Shown in pieces: positions 63,627 to 64,000 of a stretch of 64,000 bases of DNA (position 1 is the stretch's first letter; every line of letters starts with the position of its first letter). Under the pieces are notes generated by a model. That model was not told where the DNA came from and made no database searches. It saw only the letters and a program-made list of their open reading frames with translations. Source of the stretch: Mobula hypostoma. Taxonomy: Eukaryota. The DNA lies in NCBI RefSeq assembly GCF_963921235.1, contig NC_086097.1, forward strand, positions 53,198,001-53,262,000, in the 5' to 3' direction. Position numbers and translations under genes: made by a program.

Positions 63627-63662
63627 AGTCCTGACGACGGGTTTCGGCCCGAAACGTCGACT
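63627..63662 (+). ncRNA. Minimal type I hammerhead ribozyme, intact core
   Basis: AGTC-CTGACGA-CGGGTTTCGGCCC-GAAA-CGTC-GACT. Confidence 0.82.
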
Positions 63663-64000
63663 AATCTTTTCAACTGATGCTGACTGACCTGCTGAGTTCC
63701 TCCAGAGCATTGTGAATGTTTTATTCATTTCTGTAGAGCATCCCACCACCCCCCCGCCCTGACTGCACCCACATCAGACCTGGACAGGAGCCTATACACA
63801 AACACATTTTTACTTCTGCGCTTCAGGTTCTTAAGGATCTATTGTTGCCTTCTAATCACTATTAATTTTGACCTTGCAACAGAAGTTATAGACTGCAGAA
63901 CAGGGCCTTTTGAGATACATCCATAGAGCCAAATGAACACAATTTTATGAATGTATCATTCTATGACACTGAGATTACAATCCTGAGAGGTTATTTAATA

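Larger units (their letters stand above)
61206..63714 (+). mobile_element. Penelope-like element (RT and GIY-YIG) with an inverted terminal segment
   Basis: 374-aa RT ORF at 61994-63118 (GVAMGTRMGPSYA, YIDD), then VIYCI..LLYIGET; 61248-61377 is the reverse complement of 63584-63714; 14-bp TSD aatgttttattcat. Confidence 0.95.

Noticed and set aside
1..64000. CRISPR array, operon or prokaryote-type defence system
   Set aside because: The sequence is eukaryotic intron/exon DNA; repeated motifs are TE copies, not regularly spaced repeat-spacer arrays.

Overview
Vertebrate genomic DNA. The repeat repertoire (CR1 LINEs, Penelope-like elements with hammerhead ribozymes, Rex1/Babar-like LINEs, a V-SINE) suggests a cartilaginous fish, probably a ray; this is inference. 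The window lies inside one minus-strand gene, FERMT2 (kindlin-2). Eight in-frame GT-AG coding exons (43418 down to 7322, 1076 nt; exons 5-12 by my recollection of human numbering) encode the F1 loop, F2 and PH regions. A 33-nt frame-preserving cassette microexon lies at 43614-43646. I did not find the upstream or downstream exons in the window. The introns are mostly transposons: a 4.3-kb LTR-to-LTR Gypsy provirus, a solo LTR 45 nt from a splice donor, many CR1 copies, Penelope copies (one with an inverted terminus and a 14-bp TSD), hAT, Harbinger, Tc1 and pogo/Tigger relics, and two SINEs. I see no new multi-gene system. The best leads are the microexon, intact hammerhead cores in the pre-mRNA sense, nested or chimeric DNA transposons, and local templated insertions. 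Exon and TSD-defined ends were read base by base; ends of degenerate LINEs are approximate.
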